From Alphaproteobacteria bacterium (GTDB lineage Bacteria; Pseudomonadota; Alphaproteobacteria; MPNO01; UBA830): a stretch of 64,000 bases of DNA. Below the pieces are notes generated by a model. That model had not been told where the DNA came from. It did no database searches and saw only the letters and a program-made list of their open reading frames with translations. Of this stretch, positions 53,242 to 62,523 are shown in pieces; position 1 is the stretch's first letter, and each line of letters opens with the position of its first letter. The stretch lies in assembly GCA_964291215.2 (NCBI GenBank), contig OZ219791.1, positions 1,152,001 through 1,216,000 of the forward strand, in the 5' to 3' direction. The position numbers and the translations under genes were made by a program.

Positions 53242-53859
53242 CCGATGTCAGCTTCACCAACAATGCCGGAGAACAGAAGATCAGGATGGCAAAGCTCAAG
53301 GTGTCCGGATGCTTCCGCTCCACGCAAAAGCATGGTGCCGGGGCTCGAGCTACCTCACCTCCATGGCCGCACTCGGCTACAACCCACTCGTCGCCACCCA
53401 GATCGCCCTCGACGGAAAAGCCGCAGACATCATCAACGAGCACTATGGCCAATCAGAACCCAACAAGGGGTGAGTAGATACGAGGCAGCAGCAAATGTGG
53501 CGACACCTGCGCCTCACTTCCGGGCCCGCCCGTCACGGGCCGACGGAACGCTTGCGCCTGCCGAATGTGGCCACCATCTCAGGCGGCTTCCGGCGGGCGG
53601 GAACGAGGGCGGTCGGCGGGCATGTCCTGCACGCTATTCGAACCCGCATCTGGAACGGACGCAATTCAGGACGCGGGTTTCCTGCACCCGGGGCCGGGAC
53701 TGAAGCGGCGCGGTTCCCGAAGGGTGCCCGCGCGGGGTTGCGTTTTGTAACCCCGTGGGTTGTGTTGGTCGTCGCGCTTCGGCAGCCCGCAATGGGGAGC
53801 GGCGGCATTGAAGGTGGCTGCCGGCATGGACCGGCGCCGGAAGAGCGCGGGAGGCAAGG

Positions 53860-55176
53860 GTGGCGGCAGCGCTTCACGAGATCCGGGATCCGGTCCACGC
53901 CTTCGTCCGGCTGGACGATTGCGAACGCGAGGTTCTGAATTCGCGGCCCTTCCAGCGGCTGCGCCACATCCACCAGCTGGCGCTGACCTATCTGGTGTAT
54001 CCGGGGGCGACCCACAAGCGGTTCGAGCATTCCCTCGGCGTGTTGGAGCTTGCCGGGCGGGCCTTTGACACGGTCACCGATTCCGCCAACCTGACCGCCG
54101 AGATCCGCGACCTGCTGGAGCTGCTGGGACGGCCCGGCGAGCTCGCCTACTGGCGCCGGGTACTGCGCATGGCGGCGCTCTGCCACGACATCGGGCATCT
54201 GCCGTTCTCGCATTCGGCGGAGCGGGCGCTCCTGCCTGCGGGCTGGGACCACGAAAGGTTGACGTGCGAGATCATCGCCAGCGGTGAGCTGAGGTCGATC
54301 TGGGAGCGCTCTGACCCGCCGCTCCGCCACGAGGACATCGCGAGGCTGGCGGTCGGCCCGGACAAGGCGTCCGATCTTTCCTTCACCGACTGGGAAACCA
54401 TCCTCTCTCAGATCATCGTCGGCGAGGCCTTCGGCATGGACCGGATGGACTACCTCCTGCGGGACTCGCACCATGCCGGCGCCGCCTATGGCGGTTTCGA
54501 CCATCACCGGCTGATCGACACGCTGCGCATATTGCGTACGCCGCCGGGGGCCCGCGGCGGAACGTCCGGTCCGCCGGCGCTCGGCGTCGAGGAGGGCGGC
54601 CTCCAGTCCTCGGTGGCGCTGATGCTGGCACGGTATTTCATGTACACGCAGGTATATTTTCATCCGGTCCAGAGGATCTACGACATTCATCTGACCGAGT
54701 TTCTCCGCGAGTGGCTTGAGGACGGGATGTTCCCGACTGATGTCGAGCGCCATCTTGGCCTGACCGACAACGAGGTCACGGTGGCGCTGTTCCGCGCCGC
54801 CTATGACGAGAGCGCGCCCGGGCACATCCATGCGCGGCGCGTGTTCCGGCGCGAGCATTTCAAGCTCATCTACGGGCGCAACCCGGACGGCAGCGAGCTT
54901 ACTCCGGAAGCCGGACATCTCGTCTTCGAGGCACTCTGCGGCCGCTTCGGGCCCGAGCATTTCCGCCACGACCGCTACCGCCAGCATGACGCCGCGGCCG
55001 ACTTCCCGGTGCGGCTCCGCGACGGACGGGTCGTCTCGTCGCTCGCCCGTTCCGACGTGCTCAATCACATCCCGGTGGCGGCGACCGACTACGTCTTCGC
55101 CGACCGCGCCGTCCACGATGAGGCCAGCGCGTGGCTTGACGGCAACCGCGCCCGGATCATCCGCGCGCGGTCTTGA
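53860..55176 (+). CDS. HD-domain phosphohydrolase (SAMHD1/YdhJ-like dNTPase)
   Basis: RDPVH, QRLRHIHQL, HKRFEHSLG, CHDIGHLPFSH, DRMDYLLRD. Confidence 0.9.
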   Translation: MAAALHEIRDPVHAFVRLDDCEREVLNSRPFQRLRHIHQLALTYLVYPGATHKRFEHSLGVLELAGRAFDTVTDSANLTAEIRDLLELLGRPGELAYWRRVLRMAALCHDIGHLPFSHSAERALLPAGWDHERLTCEIIASGELRSIWERSDPPLRHEDIARLAVGPDKASDLSFTDWETILSQIIVGEAFGMDRMDYLLRDSHHAGAAYGGFDHHRLIDTLRILRTPPGARGGTSGPPALGVEEGGLQSSVALMLARYFMYTQVYFHPVQRIYDIHLTEFLREWLEDGMFPTDVERHLGLTDNEVTVALFRAAYDESAPGHIHARRVFRREHFKLIYGRNPDGSELTPEAGHLVFEALCGRFGPEHFRHDRYRQHDAAADFPVRLRDGRVVSSLARSDVLNHIPVAATDYVFADRAVHDEASAWLDGNRARIIRARS

Positions 55177-55272
55177 GGCGGCACCCGCATCCGGCGCCCC
55201 GCCGGCGGAGCGCGTCCGGTTGTGCAATGGGACACGATAGGGCATACAAAGGCTGAAAATGGGAGAAAATGC

Positions 55273-56319
55273 ATGAAAACCATTGGATCACTTGCTGCGT
55301 TCGGCCTCGCCGTTTCGCTGCTGGCGTCGGCCCACGCGGCCGAGAATCTTACCGCGGAGACCGCTGCGCCCGGCGGCTCGCCGCACACCTCGACTTCGAC
55401 GCTTGGCGAAGTGGCCGCGGCTGCGGGAATCGCCAATTTTCAGGTGCTCGATTCGCAGACGCTCACGAATTCGGTCCAGAACGTCGCCGAAGGCAAGACC
55501 GATGTCGCGGCGGCGCCGTTCATTCTGCCGTTTCTGATGTCGAAGGGCGCCGGCCCCTATGCCAAGATGGGCAGGAAGAAGGGCGCGGAGCTCGCGAAGA
55601 ACATCGCCGTCCTCTACAGCTACCGCTTCGGCGGCATGGGCATGTACGCCTATGACAGCTCGAGCGTGAAGGGCTGGGCCGACCTCAAGGGCAAGAAAGT
55701 CGTCAACGGTCCGCCGCGCGGCGCAGCGCTGACCAACGCCCGCGCCCTGATCAAGCTGACCACCGGGTTGAGCGACGGCAAGGACTACAAGGGTGTCCAG
55801 GCGAACTGGGCGCAGATGGTAAAGACCATCACCGACGGCACCGGTGATGCCATGGTGTTGCCGATCTACTTTCCGGACACGCGGATCACGCGCGCCCTAG
55901 CTTCGGGGAACATCACCCTTTTCTCGGTTCCGAAGAAGATCTACGAGGGTCCCGCGATGCAGAAATATCTCAGGAGCCCCGGCACTGGCGCTTTTGTCGT
56001 CGATCTCAAGGATATCAAACCACAGGAAGGCCTGACCATCAAGACCGAGGACGGCATCTGGCGCAGTCCGGCGACCGTCGGCGGCGAGGTGGTTCGCGCG
56101 GACATGGACGCCAAGCTCGCCAAGGCGCTGACCAAGGAGATGATCAAGAACGTCGACCTGTTCAAGAAGAAGGCCGCCTACATGGTGCATTCGGCCATAG
56201 GCGACCTCGATCCGGCGATCACCGGAATGTGCGGCGCGAACCCCATCAAGTACCATCCGGGCGCCGTCGCGGCTTGGGAAGAGGCAGGCTACAAGATTCC
56301 CGACTGCGCCAAGCCGTGA
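55273..56319 (+). CDS. TAXI-family TRAP solute-binding protein
   Basis: Signal peptide, DLKGKKV..GP, YHPGAVAAWEE. Confidence 0.85.
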   Translation: MKTIGSLAAFGLAVSLLASAHAAENLTAETAAPGGSPHTSTSTLGEVAAAAGIANFQVLDSQTLTNSVQNVAEGKTDVAAAPFILPFLMSKGAGPYAKMGRKKGAELAKNIAVLYSYRFGGMGMYAYDSSSVKGWADLKGKKVVNGPPRGAALTNARALIKLTTGLSDGKDYKGVQANWAQMVKTITDGTGDAMVLPIYFPDTRITRALASGNITLFSVPKKIYEGPAMQKYLRSPGTGAFVVDLKDIKPQEGLTIKTEDGIWRSPATVGGEVVRADMDAKLAKALTKEMIKNVDLFKKKAAYMVHSAIGDLDPAITGMCGANPIKYHPGAVAAWEEAGYKIPDCAKP

Positions 56320-56388
56320 TCCGACTTCGCGCGACGCGGGCCGCGGCGCTGTCGCGGCCCGCCGTCGGCCCACGCCGCGGCAGACCAG

Positions 56389-58740
56389 ATGGCCGAGTCA
56401 TTCGCCCCCGAAACTGAGGCGAGGGGTTTCGGCGAGCGCGTCGTCTACTGGCTAGCGCTCGTCCTCGTCCTGATCGGCCTCGTCAACGCCATGCCAGGCA
56501 TTCCCGGCCTGGATGACTGGGCGCGGGCGGTTACGGGCAATCCGTGGTTCGCCATCCGCAAATTCGCGTTTGAGTACTACTACCCCTTCTTCTTCGCGCT
56601 GATGATGCTTACCGTCGCGCTCAAGCACTCGATGTGGCGGGCGTGGCGGGGCCGGAGCGGGGCGCAGCGCGGATTCGGCCTGTTCATGGACATCGCGCTC
56701 GTGACCATGGCCCTGGTCATCTCGCTGACCTATATGAACGAGATCGAAGCCGTCTGTCTCGCCGACCAGATCACCGGCGACCGGCAGCGGCTCATCGAGG
56801 AGAGCCTGAAGATACAGCGCGAGACGGCCGAGCTGTTCGGGCTGCCCGAACCGACCACGGTCGAGGACCCGAAATGCCTGAACTCGGTCGGCGGCTGGCT
56901 GGTCGCCATAGTCGGCCTCGCGGTCGTGGTGTTCCTCTCCTACAACGTCAAGGTCTGGGGCCTGCCGCTGGTTCTGGTCGCGATCCTGGTCGCCACCTAC
57001 ACGATCGTCACCGTGCTGATCTGGTATTTCTTCGGCGCCGACGACATGAACAAGTACTTCGTGACCAAGCTCGGCGGCGAACCGCGCCTGCTCTCCGACG
57101 GCTACCCGCGAGTTCATGACATACTGACCAACAATGCCTCGGGGTTGCTGGGCCGGTTCATCGACATCATCCTCAACGAGATCTTTCCGTATCTCATTCT
57201 CGGCTCGCTTTTTGGCGCCTCGGCCGGCGGCCGGTCGCTGATCAAGGTCGCGTTCCGCCTGACCCGTCATCTGCGCGGCGGACCGGCCCATGCTGCGATC
57301 GTCTCTTCGGCCATGTTCGGCACGATTTCCGGAGGGCCGATCGTAAACGTGCTGTCCACCGGGGTGCTGACGATCCCGATGATGATCAGGCGCGGCTTCT
57401 CGAAGATCTTTGCCGGTGGCATGGAGGCGGCGGCGTCCTCCGGAGGCTCGATCATGCCGCCCGTCATGGGGGTTGCTGCCTTCGTGCTCGCGGCACTGAC
57501 GGGGGTACCCTACCGCCAGGTCATCATCGCGGCGCTGATCCCGGCGGTTGCCTACTTCCTCTGCCTGTTCCTCTCGGTTGTCTTTCAGGCGCGCAAGCAG
57601 AAGATCGTGGCCATCGGCATGCTCACCGACGAGATGCGCCTTGACCGCCAGGACTATCTCAACCTTCTGATGATCTTCGCTCCGATACTGGTCATTCTCG
57701 TGCTGCTGCTGACGGCCAAGGAGTCGGTCGGGTGCGGCATCATCGGCGGCCTTCTCGGTGCCGAACGGGTGTTCACCGAGGGCGGCGGCTGTCGGGTGAC
57801 CGAGCTTCCCTGGTTCCTGAAACTGATCCAGAACGCCGCCGGCGACGTCGGCAGTTCCGGCTGGTGGGCGGTGGCGCTGCTGGTCTTCCTGCTGTTCCTC
57901 GATCCCGATATGCGGCCGCGGAAGCTGTTCAACGCGCTTTCGGATGCCGGCATCCTGATCTCGACGCTTTATCTGATGTTCCTCGCGGTCTCGATCATTG
58001 ATTTCTGCCTGAAGTTCACCGGCGTGCCGTTCTTCATCTCCCTTGACGTGCTGGAGTGGCTCAAGAGCTTCAACCTGGGAAGCGGAGGCTCGGTCATCTT
58101 CCAGTTCCTCGCGCTTCTGTTGACCATGCTCCTTGCCGTGCTTCTCGGCATGGGCATGCCCGCCGTGCCGGCCTACGTGAACGTGGCCCTGCTGATGGGC
58201 CCGGTGCTGGCCGGGCTTGGGCTCTCGATGTTCACGGCCCACATGTTCATCTTCTATTTCGCGGTTGCCTCCGCGATAACGCCGCCGGTGGCGCTGGCCG
58301 CCTTTGCGGCCGCGTCGATAACCAGGGAAGACCCGATGGCGACAGGCTTCTCGGCGGTGCGCTCGGGCATCGTGATGTTCGCCATCCCGTTCGTCTTCGC
58401 GATGTATCCCGAACTGCTGCTCATCCAGGATGCCGTGCTCGATCCTTCGTCCACCGGCGCCGAGATCACCTTCCTGCCGGGGTATGACGGACGGGTCGAC
58501 TGGACGGCGCTTTCGTGGCTCTGCGTGCGGCTCTTCGTCGCCCTCTATCTGCTGGCAAGCGGCCTTGCCCGCTTCGATCGGACGGCGCTTGCGCTGTGGG
58601 AATGGACAGGGCGGATCGTCCTCGCGGCCCTCGTCCTGTTCGGCGCGCCGATGATCCATGGCCCGGCGCTGGCCGCCGCGGCCCTGCTCATGGGCTACCA
58701 TTTCCTGCGCGCCCGCGGGCGGGAGCGCATGGCGGCCTGA
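56389..58740 (+). CDS. TRAP 4TM/12TM fused permease
   Basis: GGPAHAAI, EAAASSGGSIMPPVMG, LGMGMP, ITPPVA. Confidence 0.92.
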   Translation: MAESFAPETEARGFGERVVYWLALVLVLIGLVNAMPGIPGLDDWARAVTGNPWFAIRKFAFEYYYPFFFALMMLTVALKHSMWRAWRGRSGAQRGFGLFMDIALVTMALVISLTYMNEIEAVCLADQITGDRQRLIEESLKIQRETAELFGLPEPTTVEDPKCLNSVGGWLVAIVGLAVVVFLSYNVKVWGLPLVLVAILVATYTIVTVLIWYFFGADDMNKYFVTKLGGEPRLLSDGYPRVHDILTNNASGLLGRFIDIILNEIFPYLILGSLFGASAGGRSLIKVAFRLTRHLRGGPAHAAIVSSAMFGTISGGPIVNVLSTGVLTIPMMIRRGFSKIFAGGMEAAASSGGSIMPPVMGVAAFVLAALTGVPYRQVIIAALIPAVAYFLCLFLSVVFQARKQKIVAIGMLTDEMRLDRQDYLNLLMIFAPILVILVLLLTAKESVGCGIIGGLLGAERVFTEGGGCRVTELPWFLKLIQNAAGDVGSSGWWAVALLVFLLFLDPDMRPRKLFNALSDAGILISTLYLMFLAVSIIDFCLKFTGVPFFISLDVLEWLKSFNLGSGGSVIFQFLALLLTMLLAVLLGMGMPAVPAYVNVALLMGPVLAGLGLSMFTAHMFIFYFAVASAITPPVALAAFAAASITREDPMATGFSAVRSGIVMFAIPFVFAMYPELLLIQDAVLDPSSTGAEITFLPGYDGRVDWTALSWLCVRLFVALYLLASGLARFDRTALALWEWTGRIVLAALVLFGAPMIHGPALAAAALLMGYHFLRARGRERMAA

Positions 58741-58863
58741 CCGCGAATAGCTTGCGGGCGGCGGCGGTTCCGGCGGGAGGGATGAACTACTCTGGCCCAC
58801 AGTGCCGGAAGTCGGGAACCTTCTCCCGCTTCAGGCTGCGATGCTGGGTGGTCAGGCGTTCCT

Positions 58864-59340
58864 TCAGAGGGCGCCGTCGTTCAGCCAGCGCATGAGCGCC
58901 TTGCGGGGCTCCGAGATCTCGGGCACCGACTCGTACCAGTAGTCCCGCCACCCGGTTTCCGGAAGGCCTGCGAACACCATGAGGTTGAGGGGGTAGTCGT
59001 CGCTGTCGGCGCACCGGCGGAAATCATCGCGAAACAGGAACACCGGCTTCGACCAGGCAATTGCCAAGCCGATCTCGACCATCACGCCTTCGTCTGGTGG
59101 AGAGCCGTTGACGATGGCGAACACACCGTCGGATTCGCGCACGTCGCGGACATCCGCTTGTCCGACCCTGTAAGCCCAGCCCGGAGCCATCTTGTCGATC
59201 TGGTTGTTGCGCTCGAATGGCTCCCAAACCTCGGCGCCAACCGCCTGCAGCGCGCAAACGATGTCCTGCAGTGGACCGGCTTTCTGCTGCGCCGAGAAGC
59301 CGTACGGATTCGCCAGATAAAGCGTTTTCCTCCCGACCAT
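58864..59340 (-). CDS. Nucleoside 2-deoxyribosyltransferase family protein
   Basis: LYLANPYGFS, VWEPF, PDEGVMVEIGLAIA, NLM. Confidence 0.88.
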   Translation of the reverse strand: MVGRKTLYLANPYGFSAQQKAGPLQDIVCALQAVGAEVWEPFERNNQIDKMAPGWAYRVGQADVRDVRESDGVFAIVNGSPPDEGVMVEIGLAIAWSKPVFLFRDDFRRCADSDDYPLNLMVFAGLPETGWRDYWYESVPEISEPRKALMRWLNDGAL

Positions 59341-59527
59341 GCCGTCGATCCTCCTCCGGATGCGCCGCTTCCGCGTTCCGGCGCCGGACATTTCCGTATG
59401 TCCGGGCGCAGTCGAGCCGCGCACGAAGATCGCGAACCCGCAGAGGTTGTCCTCCGAGGTGCTCGTCACCGCTGCGGCCCGCGTCTGGCGGAGATTTATC
59501 ATGCCCGCTCTCCGCTCACCAATCCGC

Positions 59528-59719
59528 CACGACGATCCCACGCTGCTAATCCAGCGGCGACCGGCGAGATTTTTCGGTCTGCGTCGTGCTGCAATCGTGC
59601 CGCCAAGGCTCAATGAGACCTTCTCGGCGCGAAAAATTGCGATCAAGGGGCGATCTGTGATGACGCGAGCCCCAACGCACTCGGATTTCGCGTCTCGGAA
59701 TCAGCATGGGATCGCCGTG
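59528..59719 (+). mobile_element. MITE copy 3 (192 bp)
   Basis: CACGACGATCCCACGCTG...CAGCATGGGATCGCCGTG; perfect 8-bp TSD CAATCCGC. Confidence 0.9.
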
Positions 59720-59840
59720 CAATCCGCTTCCGTGCGCCCGGACGCCGTTCGGAAACTGTGAAGACAATGCCGATTGACCTATACTGGACCGGGCCGATGG
59801 CCCGGTAGTCTCCAGCCTGGATCCTGCGGCCGTCGATCCC

Positions 59841-62126
59841 ATGAATTCCTCCACCGCGCCGATCATAAAGGACCTCGTGTTGCTGGGAGGCGGGCACAGT
59901 CATGTCGCCGTTCTCAAGCGGTTCGGCATGAATCCCTTGGCTGGCGTCCGCATCACCATGATCTGCCGCGACGTGCAGACCCCCTATTCGGGAATGCTGC
60001 CCGGACACGTAGCTGGCCACTACCGGCATGACGAGATGCATATCGATCTCGCCGTGCTCTCCCGGTTTGCCGGCGCGCGGCTCTACCGGAGCGCGGTGAT
60101 AGGGCTCGATCTCGAACGGCGTCTGGTCCTGTGCGACAACCGGCCGCCGGTGCCGTTCGATGTCATCTCGATCAATACCGGCGCGACGCCGGACATGTCG
60201 GCAGTTCCGGGCGCTGCAGAAAATGCGGTTCCCGTGAAGCCGATCGGCGAGTTCATCGAGCGCTGGAATGCCCTTCGCCGCCGGGCGACAGCCCATGATG
60301 GGCCATTGCGGATCGCCGTCGTCGGCGCCGGCGCTGGCGGCGTCGAGATCTTGCTCGCCATTCGCCATGCCCTTGCCGGTACGGCCGGCGGCGGATGCAA
60401 TGCCGACTTTCAGCTTTTCGCCGCGTCTCCGGAAATCCTTCCTGAATTCGGACGCCGCGTGCGCCGCGCGTTTCGTAGGATACTGGCTGCGCGCGGCGTG
60501 GCGGTCCATGCTGGCGACCCGGTTGTCGAGGTGACGCCGGGCCGGTTGCGCACTGCCGCCGGGCGGACGTTCGAGGCCGATGAGATCCTCTGGGTGACCG
60601 GCGCCCGCGCGCCCTCGTGGCCGCCGGAGGCAGGGCTCGATGTCGACGGCAACGGCTTCATCCGGGTCGCGGACACGCTGCAGTCGACATCGCATCGTGG
60701 CGTGTTCGCCGCCGGCGACATCGCCGCTGTGGTCGATTACTCCCGCCCGAAATCCGGCGTGTTCGCGGTGCGCCAGGGCCGGCCGCTGGCTCGCAACCTC
60801 CGGCGCGCCCTGCTCGGCAGGCGGCCGGTTGCGTTCAGACCGCAGTCGCGGTTCCTGAGCCTGATTTCGACGGGCGATCGCTACGCGGTCGCCTCCCGCG
60901 GTCCATGGACATTCTCGGGACGCCTCGCGTGGGCCTGGAAGGACTGGATCGATCGCAGGTTCATGGACCGCTACAACAAGCTGCCGGACATGCCCGGGCC
61001 AACGGCCGCCGATCTGCCGCCGGGCCTAGCCGATCCCGGCATCCTCGCCGATCTGTCCGCCGAGGCCATGCGTTGCGGCGGATGCGGCGCCAAGGTCGGT
61101 GCGTCGGTCCTCGGCCGCGTGATGGCGCGGCTTGCACCGGTGTCACGTGACGATGTGGTGGTCGGCCTGGACCAGGCCGACGACGCTGCCGTTGTCGAAC
61201 CGTCGTCGGGGGAGCTCATGGTGCATACTGTGGACTCCTTCCGGGCGATGATCGACGATCCCTACCTGTTCGGCAGGATCGCCGCCAATCACGCGCTCGG
61301 TGATATCTACGCCATGGGTGCGAGTCCGCAAACAGCGCTTGCCGTCGCTACGGTGCCGTTCGGACCCGAGCACAAGACCGAGGATCTCCTGACCCAGATG
61401 ATGACGGGTGCCGTCGAGGTCCTCAATGCAGCCGGCTGTGCGCTGGTTGGCGGACATACGGGGGAAGGCAGTGAGCTCAGCCTTGGCTTCGCGGTCAACG
61501 GGCTGGTCGCGCGCGAGCGGATTGCCGGCAAGGCTGGCCTGCGGTCCGGTGACGTTCTGGTTTTGACCAAGCCGCTGGGCACCGGCACGTTGCTTGCTGC
61601 CGACATGCGGGGCAAGGCCCGGGGCCGGTGGGTCTCGGCCGCGGTCGGACACATGATGCAATCAAGCCGTGCGGCGGCCGAATGTCTGTTCGAATACGGC
61701 GCAGGCGCGGCGACGGATGTAACCGGATTCGGCCTCCTTGGCCATCTCGCCGGGCTCGTCGAAGCGTCCAATGTCGACGCCGAGATTGATCTCGCTGCGG
61801 TGCCGCTCCTCGAAGGCGCCGAGGAGACGATGCGGATGGGCATCGAATCGACCCTGCAACCCGAGAACATGCGCCTCAGCCGCCATGTCGCCAACCACGA
61901 GGAAGTTCGCGGCGACCGCCGCTATCAGCTGATCTACGATCCGCAGACGGCGGGGGGCATCGTCGCTGGCGTGCCTGCGGATCGCGCCGATGCTTGCGTC
62001 GCGACGCTTAGGGAACGCGGATACGGCGCGGCGAGGCGAATCGGTTCGGTGCGTGCCTGGTCTGGACAGCCCTCGCGCATCCGGATCGTGACGGGACGCC
62101 CGGAGGCATTTGCAGCAAGGGGATAG
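59841..62126 (+). CDS. selD: Selenide, water dikinase fused to an N-terminal FAD-dependent oxidoreductase
   Basis: GGGHSH, YSGMLPG, FAAGD; CGGCGAKV, DDAAV, DIYAMG, TDVTGFGL.GH, DPQT. Confidence 0.93.
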   Translation: MNSSTAPIIKDLVLLGGGHSHVAVLKRFGMNPLAGVRITMICRDVQTPYSGMLPGHVAGHYRHDEMHIDLAVLSRFAGARLYRSAVIGLDLERRLVLCDNRPPVPFDVISINTGATPDMSAVPGAAENAVPVKPIGEFIERWNALRRRATAHDGPLRIAVVGAGAGGVEILLAIRHALAGTAGGGCNADFQLFAASPEILPEFGRRVRRAFRRILAARGVAVHAGDPVVEVTPGRLRTAAGRTFEADEILWVTGARAPSWPPEAGLDVDGNGFIRVADTLQSTSHRGVFAAGDIAAVVDYSRPKSGVFAVRQGRPLARNLRRALLGRRPVAFRPQSRFLSLISTGDRYAVASRGPWTFSGRLAWAWKDWIDRRFMDRYNKLPDMPGPTAADLPPGLADPGILADLSAEAMRCGGCGAKVGASVLGRVMARLAPVSRDDVVVGLDQADDAAVVEPSSGELMVHTVDSFRAMIDDPYLFGRIAANHALGDIYAMGASPQTALAVATVPFGPEHKTEDLLTQMMTGAVEVLNAAGCALVGGHTGEGSELSLGFAVNGLVARERIAGKAGLRSGDVLVLTKPLGTGTLLAADMRGKARGRWVSAAVGHMMQSSRAAAECLFEYGAGAATDVTGFGLLGHLAGLVEASNVDAEIDLAAVPLLEGAEETMRMGIESTLQPENMRLSRHVANHEEVRGDRRYQLIYDPQTAGGIVAGVPADRADACVATLRERGYGAARRIGSVRAWSGQPSRIRIVTGRPEAFAARG

Positions 62127-62172
62127 ATCTCGGGGATCAATGCGTCTGCCGACGAGAGTATGTATGATGTGC

Positions 62173-62248
62173 GTAACTGCTTACCTCCTGGTTCCGGTTT
62201 GATGTCGAGGTAGAGCAACGAACGGGTTTTCGTGGAGATTTGACACTG
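62173..62248 (+). mobile_element. IS66 left-end fragment (same element as copies A-D)
   Basis: GTAACTGCTTACCTCCTGGTTCCGG...TTGACACTG, then truncated. Confidence 0.85.
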
Positions 62249-62523
62249 TTCACGGATTCGTTACCCAAGTTCAGATGTCCTGACCTCGGCTTTGATTTCT
62301 TCCAATCAGGGTGATGCTTCTGGGCCGAGTTTGCGTGCGTTGTCTGGCAGTTCGTAGATCATGCGGAGGCCGGGTCCGAAGCTTCTTCACCGCCCGCTGC
62401 ACGGTCGCGCGGCTCACGCCGCCTGCAGGTCTCTTTGAGGAACGCGGTGCCTGGCGATCCGCAGCAGCATCGCCGGCCGGTCGCCCTCGTCGTGGCAGGG
62501 CTCCATGTTCGAGGAGTAGACGG
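62249..62523 (-). pseudogene. HTH-containing transposase-like remnant
   Basis: RDLQAA/VSRATVQRAVKKLR helix-turn-helix-like fragments across frameshifts. Confidence 0.35.

Larger units (their letters stand above)
50462..53481 (+). mobile_element. IS66-family element copy D, containing a group II intron
   Basis: Both TIRs; 8-bp TSD GAGGCAGC. Confidence 0.93.
49717..53640 (+). pseudogene. Transposon-associated Cys-rich ORF interrupted by a MITE and by IS66 copy D (3' limit approximate)
   Basis: Removing the MITE gives MSHDSF..AFLEKVDADEAE..CRHCGGRLHSARYPRKP..RFSFCCADCRRRTTP; AGGAG RBS. Confidence 0.6.

Noticed and set aside
59841-62126. Selenocysteine recoding in SelD, or novelty of the fusion
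   Set aside because: The active site is TGC-encoded Cys with no in-frame TGA; the oxidoreductase-SelD fusion is already known.
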